From Minisyncoccota bacterium (GTDB lineage Bacteria > Patescibacteriota > Minisyncoccia > SW-4-49-11), in contig JAULZW010000004.1 of the NCBI GenBank assembly GCA_032117235.1, forward strand, positions 1-51,422: DNA of 51,422 bases, written 5' to 3'. Below, piece by piece: positions 43,925-51,171 of the stretch. The notes under the pieces were generated by a model. That model searched no databases, was not told where the DNA came from, and saw only the letters and a list, made by a program, of their open reading frames with translations. The stretch's first letter is position 1. The number at the start of each line of letters is the position of its first letter. A program made the position numbers and the translations under genes.

Positions 43925-46900
43925 ATGCCTACCCTCAACGAATCCCATATAGAACAGAATTTGATAGATCTCCTTGTAGCTCAGGGCTATGAGTATTTTT
44001 ATGGTCTGGATATTGCCTGCCTGGCTGGCAGACAGGCTCCGTATTCGGCAAGTCCACAAAGAGAAAGTTTTAATAGTGTTATATTGGAAAATCATCTCAA
44101 GGAATCTCTCAAAAGATTGAATCCAGATATCCCTGAATCGGCTCGGCATGAGGCTTATCAGCATATTATAAATCTTGGCTCTGCTGATTTGATGGCGAAT
44201 AATGAAAAATTTCATACTTATTTGACTGATGGGATTACGGTTGAATATGTCAAACCTGCCAATGAGTCAGGCGGGGATAATGCTACAAAGGGTATCAATG
44301 TTAAGCTTCTTGATTTGGAGAATGTCTCAAACAATATCTTTTGGGTGGTGAATCAATTCGTTATCAAAGAGAATAATAATGAGAAGAGATTAGATTTGGT
44401 GATTTTTGTGAATGGGCTTCCTTTGGTTGTGGTGGAGTTGAAGAATGCTACTGATGAAAAGGCTACTTTGGAGAGGGCTTTTACTCAAATTCAGAATTAC
44501 AAAAAAGCTGTTCCGAGTATTTTTTATTATAATGCTTTATGTATTATCTCGGATGGGATTGATGCTCGTATGTCGAGTGTGTCTGCTCCTTTTGAGCGAT
44601 TTGTTGCTTGGAAGTCTCCTGAGAAAAAGGAGAATGGGATTGTGCCTGAAATGCAGATTATGGCTGAAAAAATGCTTAATCCTGAGGTTTTGCTTCGATT
44701 GATTCGATATAATACGGTTTTTGAACAAGAGGAGCAAAAGGATGAAAAAACGGGGTTATTATCTGTGGTGAAGATTAAGAAAATTGCTGCCTATCATCAA
44801 TATTATGCGGTGGAAAAGGCGGTTAAGGAAACTTTGAGGGCTACTCATTCTGATGAGGGTAATAGGAAAATTGGGGTGATTTGGCATACTCAAGGTTCGG
44901 GGAAGTCTTTGTCTATGGTGTTTTATACGGGGCAAATTGTGGTGGAACCAGAGATGAAGAATCCGACTATTGTTATTTTGACGGATAGGAATGATCTTGA
45001 TGATCAGTTATTCACGACTTTTGGAAATTGTAAGCAATTATTAAGGCAAACTCCTATGCAAGCGGAAAGTCGTGAGCATTTAAAAGAGCTTCTCAAGGTT
45101 GCTGGGGGTGGTATTATTTTTACAACTATTCAAAAATTTGCTCCTCGTGAGGGGAATGTGTATGAGACTTTATCTGAGCGGTCGAATATTGTGGTTGTGG
45201 CGGATGAGGCTCATCGTAGTCAATATGGATTCAAGGGGCGAGAGGTAGAAACGGTGGATGGGTCTGAAATTCGATATGGGAATGCTAAGTATCTGAGGGA
45301 TGCTTTGCCGAGGGCTTCTTTTATTGGATTTACGGGGACACCGATTGAAAGGGAAGATAGATCTACAAGAAATGTGTTTGGTGATGAAATTGATATTTAT
45401 GATATTAAACAGGCGGTGGATGATGGGGCTACGGTGCCGATTAGTTATGAATCGCGGTTGGTTAAAATTAAATTGAATAAGGAGTTGGTCAATAAAATTG
45501 ATTATGCTATTGATGAGATTGAAGGTGCTACTGAGGAGCAAAAGGAAAAGGCGAAAAAGAAAAATGCTCAAATTGATGCGGTGGTTGGTCATCCTGATAG
45601 ATTAAAGGATTTGGCTAAGGATATTGTGGAGCATTTTGAGGCGAGGCAAAGAACCTTTGAGGGGAAGGCGATGGTGGTATGTATGACAAGGCAAATTGCG
45701 GTTTGGTTATATAAGGAAATTATTGCTCTTCGTCCTGATTGGCATAGTGATGAATTGATGCAAGGGAAGCTCAAAATTGTGATGACTTCAAGTAGTGATG
45801 ATCCTGAAGATTTTCAAGCTCATCATACGAATAAGAAGGATAGAAAAAAACTTGCTCTGAGGCTCAAGGATATCAATGATCCTCTTCAAATGGTGATTGT
45901 GCAATCTATGTGGTTGACGGGATTTGATGTGCCGTGTTTGCATACGATGTATATTGATAAAAAGATGCAGGGTGCTAATTTGATGCAGGCTATTGCTCGG
46001 GTTAATCGGGTATATAAGGATAAACCAGGAGGATTGATTGTGGATTATATTGGTATTGGTCAGGATCTTAGAAAGGCAATGGGGGTTTATACTCAAAGTG
46101 GGGGAGAAGGTCAAGCTGTGTCGGATATTGCAGAGGCAATTGCTGGTATGAAGACCAAATTTGAGATTGTGGAGCAAATGTTCCACCAGCCTTTGCCAAG
46201 TCTTCGTCTGGCAGGTGGCTTTGAATATAAAAATTATTTTAAGGCTGAGAGTAGTGAAAAATTACATATTTTATTGGGGGCTACAAACTTTATTTTGCAA
46301 AATGATAATCTAAAAAATAGGTTTTTGACGGAAGTGACTGCTTTGTCTAAGTTATTTGCGATGGCTGTTCCAAGTTTTGAGGCTGAGCAAGTAAGAGATG
46401 AAGTTGCATTCTTCCAAGCGGTTAAAGCCCGTATCAATAAATTTACACCTAGTGGGGGAGTCTCAGACAGGCAGGTCGAAACGGCGGTAAGACAAATTGT
46501 AGAAGAAGCTCTGGCGAGTGATGGAGTGGTGGATGTGTTCGAGGCTGCGGGGATGAAAACTCCGACACTGGACATTCTATCAGAGGAATTTTTGCTTGAG
46601 GTCAAAAATATGGAGCAAAAAAATCTTGCCTTTGAACTTCTTCGTAAGCTCCTGAATGATGAGGTAAAATTGCGAAAAAGAAAAAATATGGCTCAAGGAA
46701 AAAAGTTTTCTGAGATGCTTGAGAGTGTAATCAATAGGTATCATAATAATCAAATTGATACGGCTCAAGTGATTCAGGAACTTTCAGAAATTGCTCGGGC
46801 GATGAAATTGGAGGACAAAAAAGCAGAAGATATTGGACTTACTCCAGAAGAATATGCATTTTATAGTGTACTTGCTCAGAATGATTCTACGAAATTTTTA

Positions 46901-47119
46901 GATGATCATAAAATGAAAGAACTAATTCATGTTATTGTTGATATTATTCGCAAAAATGCTACAGTTGATTGGGAAAAACGAGAGGATGTTAGAGCTAAAC
47001 TTCGCCTTACGGTCAAAAAAATTCTCATGAGATATGGCTATCCACCTGATCTTGCAAGAATAGAAGCTGATAAAGTTCTGGAACAGAGTGAACTATTGGC
47101 TAAGGAATTGACGCAGTAG
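43925..47119 (+). CDS. hsdR: type I restriction enzyme R subunit HsdR
   Basis: N-terminal nuclease region, SF2 helicase motif I TQGSGKS, motif II VVADEAHRSQ, and later motifs (QAIARVNR). 1064 aa. Confidence 0.93.
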   Translation: MPTLNESHIEQNLIDLLVAQGYEYFYGLDIACLAGRQAPYSASPQRESFNSVILENHLKESLKRLNPDIPESARHEAYQHIINLGSADLMANNEKFHTYLTDGITVEYVKPANESGGDNATKGINVKLLDLENVSNNIFWVVNQFVIKENNNEKRLDLVIFVNGLPLVVVELKNATDEKATLERAFTQIQNYKKAVPSIFYYNALCIISDGIDARMSSVSAPFERFVAWKSPEKKENGIVPEMQIMAEKMLNPEVLLRLIRYNTVFEQEEQKDEKTGLLSVVKIKKIAAYHQYYAVEKAVKETLRATHSDEGNRKIGVIWHTQGSGKSLSMVFYTGQIVVEPEMKNPTIVILTDRNDLDDQLFTTFGNCKQLLRQTPMQAESREHLKELLKVAGGGIIFTTIQKFAPREGNVYETLSERSNIVVVADEAHRSQYGFKGREVETVDGSEIRYGNAKYLRDALPRASFIGFTGTPIEREDRSTRNVFGDEIDIYDIKQAVDDGATVPISYESRLVKIKLNKELVNKIDYAIDEIEGATEEQKEKAKKKNAQIDAVVGHPDRLKDLAKDIVEHFEARQRTFEGKAMVVCMTRQIAVWLYKEIIALRPDWHSDELMQGKLKIVMTSSSDDPEDFQAHHTNKKDRKKLALRLKDINDPLQMVIVQSMWLTGFDVPCLHTMYIDKKMQGANLMQAIARVNRVYKDKPGGLIVDYIGIGQDLRKAMGVYTQSGGEGQAVSDIAEAIAGMKTKFEIVEQMFHQPLPSLRLAGGFEYKNYFKAESSEKLHILLGATNFILQNDNLKNRFLTEVTALSKLFAMAVPSFEAEQVRDEVAFFQAVKARINKFTPSGGVSDRQVETAVRQIVEEALASDGVVDVFEAAGMKTPTLDILSEEFLLEVKNMEQKNLAFELLRKLLNDEVKLRKRKNMAQGKKFSEMLESVINRYHNNQIDTAQVIQELSEIARAMKLEDKKAEDIGLTPEEYAFYSVLAQNDSTKFLDDHKMKELIHVIVDIIRKNATVDWEKREDVRAKLRLTVKKILMRYGYPPDLARIEADKVLEQSELLAKELTQ
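44015..44037. repeat. 23-nt hairpin insert, family 2, in the hsdR N-terminal region
   Basis: gcctgcctggctggcagacaggc, read as ACLAGRQA. Partner at 39376-39398. Confidence 0.75.
46464..46475. repeat. half-site cagacaggcagg of the GC-rich palindrome families, in hsdR
   Basis: String match only; no paired arm found nearby. Confidence 0.35.
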
Positions 47120-47135
47120 ATAATAATAAATAAAT

Positions 47136-47375
47136 ATGAAACTCTTCCGTTACCGTAAACCATCGCTCAAAACATTGCTCGGAGTGACAAAGCTGAAGCG
47201 TAGGATAAAGAAGGCTACAGGAATTTCTGCTATTCAATCTCTCAGTCCTTCTCGAGTAAAGCAAAAGATCAGATACAATATAGGGTATAATAAACCTATG
47301 TTCAAACACACTAGAGAACTGAGCAAGGGCAAAGTACCGAGCTTATTTGGTTGGTTCTCAAAGTGGTTGAAATAA
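47136..47375 (+). CDS. small basic hypothetical protein (79 aa)
   Basis: ORF starts 17 nt after hsdR. K/R-rich. Followed by the hairpin at 47393-47418. Confidence 0.45.
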   Translation: MKLFRYRKPSLKTLLGVTKLKRRIKKATGISAIQSLSPSRVKQKIRYNIGYNKPMFKHTRELSKGKVPSLFGWFSKWLK

Positions 47376-47392
47376 TAATATGGTATAATACA

Positions 47393-47418
47393 AAGGCACT
47401 CGCTGTAACGAGTGCCTT
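47393..47418. terminator. 10-bp hairpin between convergent small ORFs (bidirectional terminator candidate)
   Basis: aaggcactcg - ctgtaa - cgagtgcctt. The minus-strand reading is followed by tgtattat. Confidence 0.5.
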
Positions 47419-47442
47419 GTAAGGAGAAGTTTGGTGTCGAGC

Positions 47443-47577
47443 CTACTTCTTTTTTCTTTTTTCTCGTTGAGAAAGAGCCGATCCAGCTACGCTTTTAGAT
47501 TTACTAGATGTTCTTTTGTCTCGAAGTATTGCTGAAGCTTTTTTTGCTACTTTTTTTGAAGTGGTTTTTGTTGCCAT
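47443..47577 (-). CDS. 44-aa lysine-rich small protein (below the ORF-track cutoff)
   Basis: MATKTTSKKVAKKASAILRDKRTSSKSKSVAGSALSQREKRKKK. It has its own minus-strand promoter (TTGACA 47674-47669, 17 nt, TAGAAT 47651-47646) and the downstream hairpin at 47418-47393. Confidence 0.4.
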   Translation of the reverse strand: MATKTTSKKVAKKASAILRDKRTSSKSKSVAGSALSQREKRKKK

Positions 47578-47645
47578 GGTTGTAATATTAATTTCTATGG
47601 TTCCAGTTCATTCTTTGACTAGGGAATTACTATGATAACATAGTA

Positions 47646-47674
47646 ATTCTAAGATATATTAGTATTAATGTCAA
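47646..47674 (-). promoter_or_regulatory. minus-strand sigma-70-type promoter for the small basic ORF
   Basis: Plus-strand tgtcaa (47669-47674) equals TTGACA on the minus strand. After 17 nt comes plus-strand attcta (47646-47651), which equals TAGAAT. Confidence 0.4.
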
Positions 47675-47723
47675 GTATAAATACAATTTGTTTAAAAAAT
47701 GATTACAATATAAACAATAAATA

Positions 47724-47759
47724 TTGACATTATAAACTAAATAGTGTACAATTAGTTTA
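47724..47759 (+). promoter_or_regulatory. promoter plus overlapping inverted-repeat operator of the toxin-antitoxin operon
   Basis: TTGACA (47724-47729), 17-nt spacer, extended -10 TGTACAAT (47745-47752). A perfect 8-nt inverted repeat, taaactaa (47733-47740) / ttagttta (47752-47759), brackets the -10. Confidence 0.55.
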
Positions 47760-47775
47760 ATTAAGAAAGATATAT

Positions 47776-48450
47776 ATGGCTTTGAATATAGTTCAATTAA
47801 GGGAGAGCTTGGGATTATCTCAGAGTGAGATTGCTCAGAGAATTGGTATATCTCGTAGTTCTTATATCAAATTAGAGAAGGGGGAGTATGACCTAAAGAT
47901 TTCAGAGGCTAATAAATTGGCGGATATTTTTGGTATATCTCTGGAGGAGGTGGAGTCTGGTCAATATGTTGATTATGAGAAGTATAAGGAGATGATTCAA
48001 TATATAATTAGGCGATTCCCGAAGGGTGTTCCTAAGACTAAGTTGGCTAAATTACTTTATTTGGTGGATTTTGCTTGGTTTTATAATCATTATGAGAGTA
48101 TGAGTGGTATGAAATATCGTAAAATTAAATTTGGACCTGTGCCAGATTCATATTTTCGAGCTGTGGAGGAGATGGAGGAGGATGGTTTGTTGAGAGTGGA
48201 GGAATTACCTTATCTTGATAGTGTTGCATATAGTATCAAGCCCACTAAGGCTTTGGATAATAAGTCTATTGTAAAAATTGATTCTGAGGCTTTGAGTTTG
48301 ATTGATAAAATTATTTATAAATGGAGGTCTGCTCGTACGAATGAGATTGTGGCTTTTACTCATAATCAGCTTCCATATTCTCTTTGTAGTGATGGTGAGT
48401 TTATTCCTTATGAACTGATTTTGCAGGAAGATTCAGAATATGTCTACTAA
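47776..48450 (+). CDS. XRE-HTH + Panacea/SocA (DUF4065) domain antitoxin
   Basis: N-terminal HTH (LRESLGLSQSEIAQRIGISRSSYIKLEKGE). The Panacea-like block is KTKLAKLLYLVDFAWFYNHYESMSGMKYRKIKFGPVPDSY. Confidence 0.75.
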   Translation: MALNIVQLRESLGLSQSEIAQRIGISRSSYIKLEKGEYDLKISEANKLADIFGISLEEVESGQYVDYEKYKEMIQYIIRRFPKGVPKTKLAKLLYLVDFAWFYNHYESMSGMKYRKIKFGPVPDSYFRAVEEMEEDGLLRVEELPYLDSVAYSIKPTKALDNKSIVKIDSEALSLIDKIIYKWRSARTNEIVAFTHNQLPYSLCSDGEFIPYELILQEDSEYVY

Positions 48451-48838
48451 ATATTATATTGTAGTTGAAGATTTTTCTGAAAGACATTATATTAAAAAAT
48501 TTAGTAAAAAATATAAGAAGGAGTGGTCTCCTGTATGGATTGGTATTCAGGAGTCTTTGAAAAGATTTGACCAACTTTATTTGAAAAAACGAGTGGTTTT
48601 GGTTGCGGGTACTCAGCAATTTGGTATTTTTAAGATGGATTTTAAGGTTACTGCCACTGAATCTGCTAGAAAGGCTGGGAATAGATGTATTGTGCTTCTG
48701 GATAGGGATAGGAATGCTGTTAATGTTTTGTTGGTTTATCATAAGGATCATCTAGGTAAGGGTAATGAAACTAGTGAGTGGAAAAATCTGATTCAAAAAA
48801 ATTATCCTAAAGATATGTTAAAGGATTTTAGGCTGTAG
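48440..48838 (+). CDS. putative toxin, RelE/ParE-superfamily-like
   Basis: Overlaps the antitoxin gene by 11 nt. F.KKFSKKYKK near the N-terminus and KAGNRCIVLLDRDRNAVNVLLVYHKDH resemble the GGYRvIY...vvlL.i..K pattern of RelE/ParE-fold toxins. Confidence 0.45.
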   Translation: MSTKYYIVVEDFSERHYIKKFSKKYKKEWSPVWIGIQESLKRFDQLYLKKRVVLVAGTQQFGIFKMDFKVTATESARKAGNRCIVLLDRDRNAVNVLLVYHKDHLGKGNETSEWKNLIQKNYPKDMLKDFRL

Positions 48839-48904
48839 GTTTATACGGATATATTTTAAAATATAGGCTATTATTATGGTATAATGGAGTATATATAAAT
48901 TATT

Positions 48905-49885
48905 ATGAATACAAAACCGCATACAATTATTTATCAAGCAAAAAATGGTGCTATTGAGTTGAAGGGTGACTGGACTCAGGATACGATTTGGGCTAGTCAA
49001 GCTCAGATTGCTGAACTTTTTGCTGTAGATAGATCAGTGGTAACAAGACATATTAAAAATATTTTTTTAGATAGGGAATTGGATGCAAAAGTGGTTAGTG
49101 CAAAATTTGCACAGACCACTTCTCACGGAGCTTTAAAAGGTAAGACGCAAACAAAAAATGTGACTTTTTATAATTTAGACATTATTCTGGCAGTTGGTTA
49201 TAGAACAAAATCTTCTATGGCAGTTACCTTTCGTCAATGGGCTACACAAACATTAAAACAGTATATTACGAAAGGATATAGTATTAATAAAAAAGTATTG
49301 GCCCAGAATTATGATGAGTTTCTCAAGGCTATTGAGACGATTAAGACCTTAATCCCTGTAAATAGTGAGGTTAAGACTGGTGATGCTTTAGAATTGGTTA
49401 AGTTTTTTGCTGAGACTTGGTTTGCTCTTGATGCGTATGACAAATCTGATTTGCCACAATCAGGTCTCAATAAGTCTCAAGTGGAATTCACTGCTGATGA
49501 ATTAATACAAGCTTTGGTTGAGCTAAAGCAAGATTTGTATAAAAAGAAGATGGCTACTGAGTTATTTGGACAAGAAAAACAACCTAATGCGATAGCAGGA
49601 ATTGTTGGTAATATTTTTCAATCTGCTTTTGGGGAAGAGATATATCCTTCTATTGAAGAGAAGGCTGCCCATTTATTATATTTTATTATTAAAAATCATC
49701 CTTTGAATGATGGAAATAAAAGATCAGGTGCTTTTGCTTTTATTTGGCTTTTGAATAAGACCAAAACATTGAATACTTCTAAAATAACTCCCCAAGTATT
49801 GACTACATTAACCCTATTGGTTGCTGAAAGTGATCCTCACAATAAAGATCAAATTATAGGTTTGATTCTACAAATATTGAAGTAA
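48905..49885 (+). CDS. RhuM-family N-terminal domain fused to a Fic/Doc domain (Doc-type GNKR motif)
   Basis: The RhuM block is WASQAQIAELF..DRSVVTRHIKNIF...YNLDIILAVGYRTKSSMAVTFRQWATQTLKQYITKGY. The C-terminal motif HPLNDGNKRSG fits the Doc variant HxFx(D/N)(A/G)NKR. Confidence 0.8.
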   Translation: MNTKPHTIIYQAKNGAIELKGDWTQDTIWASQAQIAELFAVDRSVVTRHIKNIFLDRELDAKVVSAKFAQTTSHGALKGKTQTKNVTFYNLDIILAVGYRTKSSMAVTFRQWATQTLKQYITKGYSINKKVLAQNYDEFLKAIETIKTLIPVNSEVKTGDALELVKFFAETWFALDAYDKSDLPQSGLNKSQVEFTADELIQALVELKQDLYKKKMATELFGQEKQPNAIAGIVGNIFQSAFGEEIYPSIEEKAAHLLYFIIKNHPLNDGNKRSGAFAFIWLLNKTKTLNTSKITPQVLTTLTLLVAESDPHNKDQIIGLILQILK

Positions 49886-49910
49886 TAGTTAGTAACTATT
49901 CTATATAAAA

Positions 49911-49996
49911 GGCGACGAGAGGTCGCCCCTACGAAAAATAATGTCGGCGGGGTCGCCGACTCTACGAAATAATGGAGGGACTAAAGCCCTACGAGG
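49911..49996 (-). repeat. intergenic cluster of three hairpin+CTACGA REP units
   Basis: The three units are ggcgac-gagag-gtcgcc cCTACgaa (49911-49935), gtcggcg-gggt-cgccgac tCTACgaa (49943-49968) and aggg-actaaag-ccct-ACGA with CTAC at 49989-49992. Confidence 0.8.
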
Positions 49997-50016
49997 ACAA
50001 GAAATGTATAAAAATA

Positions 50017-50025
50017 TGCTATAAT
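50017..50025 (+). promoter_or_regulatory. extended -10 element (TGCTATAAT) upstream of the Bro-N gene
   Basis: Part of the 16-nt string aaaaatatgctataat shared with the hsdM upstream region. Confidence 0.4.
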
Positions 50026-50054
50026 GTAAATATACGAATACATCAAAAAATTAT

Positions 50055-50903
50055 ATGTCTAACACTCACAATAAAATAGCTTTATTTGAAAAGAAACAAA
50101 TTCGTAAAATTTGGTATAATGATGAATGGTATTTTTCGGTAATAGATATAGTCGGGGCTTTAACCGAATCAGCAGACCCAAAAGACTATTGGTATAGGAT
50201 CAAAAAAAGAGCTACTGATGAAGAAGGAATTGAACTATCGACAATTTGTCGACAGTTGAAATTAGTTGCTCCAGATGGAAAAATGAGAGAAACCGACTGT
50301 GCTAATACCGAAGACATACTTAGAATTATCCAATCTATTCCCTCCCCCAAAGCTGAACCATTCAAAAGATGGTTAGCTAAAGTAGGGTATGAGAGAATAG
50401 AAGAGATAGAAAACCCAGAACTTGCTCAAGAAAGGATGAAAAAACTATATGAAGCAAAAGGATATCCTCAAGATTGGATAGACAAGAGACTTCGTGGAAT
50501 AGCAATTCGCCAAAACCTCACCGATGAATGGCAAGCAAGAGGCATCACTGGACAAAAAGATTATGCAATACTCACAGCCGAGATCAGCAAAGCAACTTTT
50601 GGTATAACCCCAAGCGAATATAAAAAACTCAAAAATATACCAGCAAAATCCAAAGCCAATCTCAGAGATAATATGACAGATTTGGAGCTTATTTTTACTA
50701 TGCTTGGAGAACGAGTCACCACAGAAATCTCCAAAACAGAAAACCCAAAAGGAATGACCGAAAATAAAAAAGTAGCCCAGAGGGGAGGAACTGTAGCTGG
50801 TAATGCTAGAAAAGAAACAGAAAAAGAATTGGGTAAAAGTGTTATTAGTAAAGAAAATTATTTGGGAGATAATAAAAAACCTCTAATTAATAAAAAGAAA
50901 TAA
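50055..50903 (+). CDS. Bro-N domain DNA-binding protein (antirepressor-like)
   Basis: N-terminal FEKKQIRKIWYNDEWYFSVIDIVGALT fits the Bro-N pattern. The conserved C-terminal region contains NLRDNMTDLEL and GGTVAGNARKE. Confidence 0.7.
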   Translation: MSNTHNKIALFEKKQIRKIWYNDEWYFSVIDIVGALTESADPKDYWYRIKKRATDEEGIELSTICRQLKLVAPDGKMRETDCANTEDILRIIQSIPSPKAEPFKRWLAKVGYERIEEIENPELAQERMKKLYEAKGYPQDWIDKRLRGIAIRQNLTDEWQARGITGQKDYAILTAEISKATFGITPSEYKKLKNIPAKSKANLRDNMTDLELIFTMLGERVTTEISKTENPKGMTENKKVAQRGGTVAGNARKETEKELGKSVISKENYLGDNKKPLINKKK

Positions 50904-50969
50904 ACTTAAAAACTCTCTTCTTTTGTAATCTCGCACGACCTTATGATAGCGGAGGTATGAAATAAATTG

Positions 50970-51171
50970 TCTCTCTTTGGAGGGAGTACCCGAATTAAGA
51001 CTGGAAGTCTGGGAAAGGGGTCGGGAAAACGGGAGTTTTCCCGTGGAGGAAGGTTGGGAAACCGTGAGGTTTCACAGGAGTAAATCCTATTTGCGACGGG
51101 TGAGGGTGGATAAAATACATTGTGAATTTTTAGGGTACATAAAAAGCCCCCCAGCAAAGTGCTGAGGGGGC
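50970..51171 (+). other. GC-rich structured non-coding region (candidate RNA or degenerate element) at the right island border
   Basis: There are four hairpins. The first is ctctc-tttgga-gggag. The second is agact-gga-agtct. The third is cgggaaaac-GGGA-gttttcccg (51022-51043), a perfect 9-bp stem with a GNRA loop. The fourth is gaaacc-GTGA-ggtttc (51058-51073), also GNRA-capped. The overlapping tracked ORFs on both strands are low-complexity. Confidence 0.4.
51141..51171 (-). terminator. rho-independent terminator read on the minus strand
   Basis: The minus strand reads gccccctcagca-ctt-tgctggggggc followed by tttttat: an ~11-bp stem with one bulge. Confidence 0.45.

Noticed and set aside
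46183-46218. ccaccagcc...ctggcaggtgg imperfect hairpin in hsdR as another palindromic insert
   Set aside because: The arms pair only at ccacc/ggtgg plus a few bases, so similarity to the families is limited to ctggcagg. It is mentioned under family 2 but not called as a feature.
50925-50940. GTGCGA on the minus strand (group II intron 5' consensus GUGYG), together with GNRA hairpins nearby
   Set aside because: The intron would extend leftward into the plus-strand Bro-N CDS. No domain V-like bulged 34-nt hairpin with an AGC triad is present, and no RT/maturase ORF.
50906-51165. Tracked ORFs 50906..51157 (-) and 50977..51165 (+)
   Set aside because: The two ORFs overlap on opposite strands. 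Their peptides (SRFPNLPPRENSRFPDPFPRLP; repeated WERGRENGSFPVEEGWETVRF) are simply translations of GC-rich hairpins. No start context.
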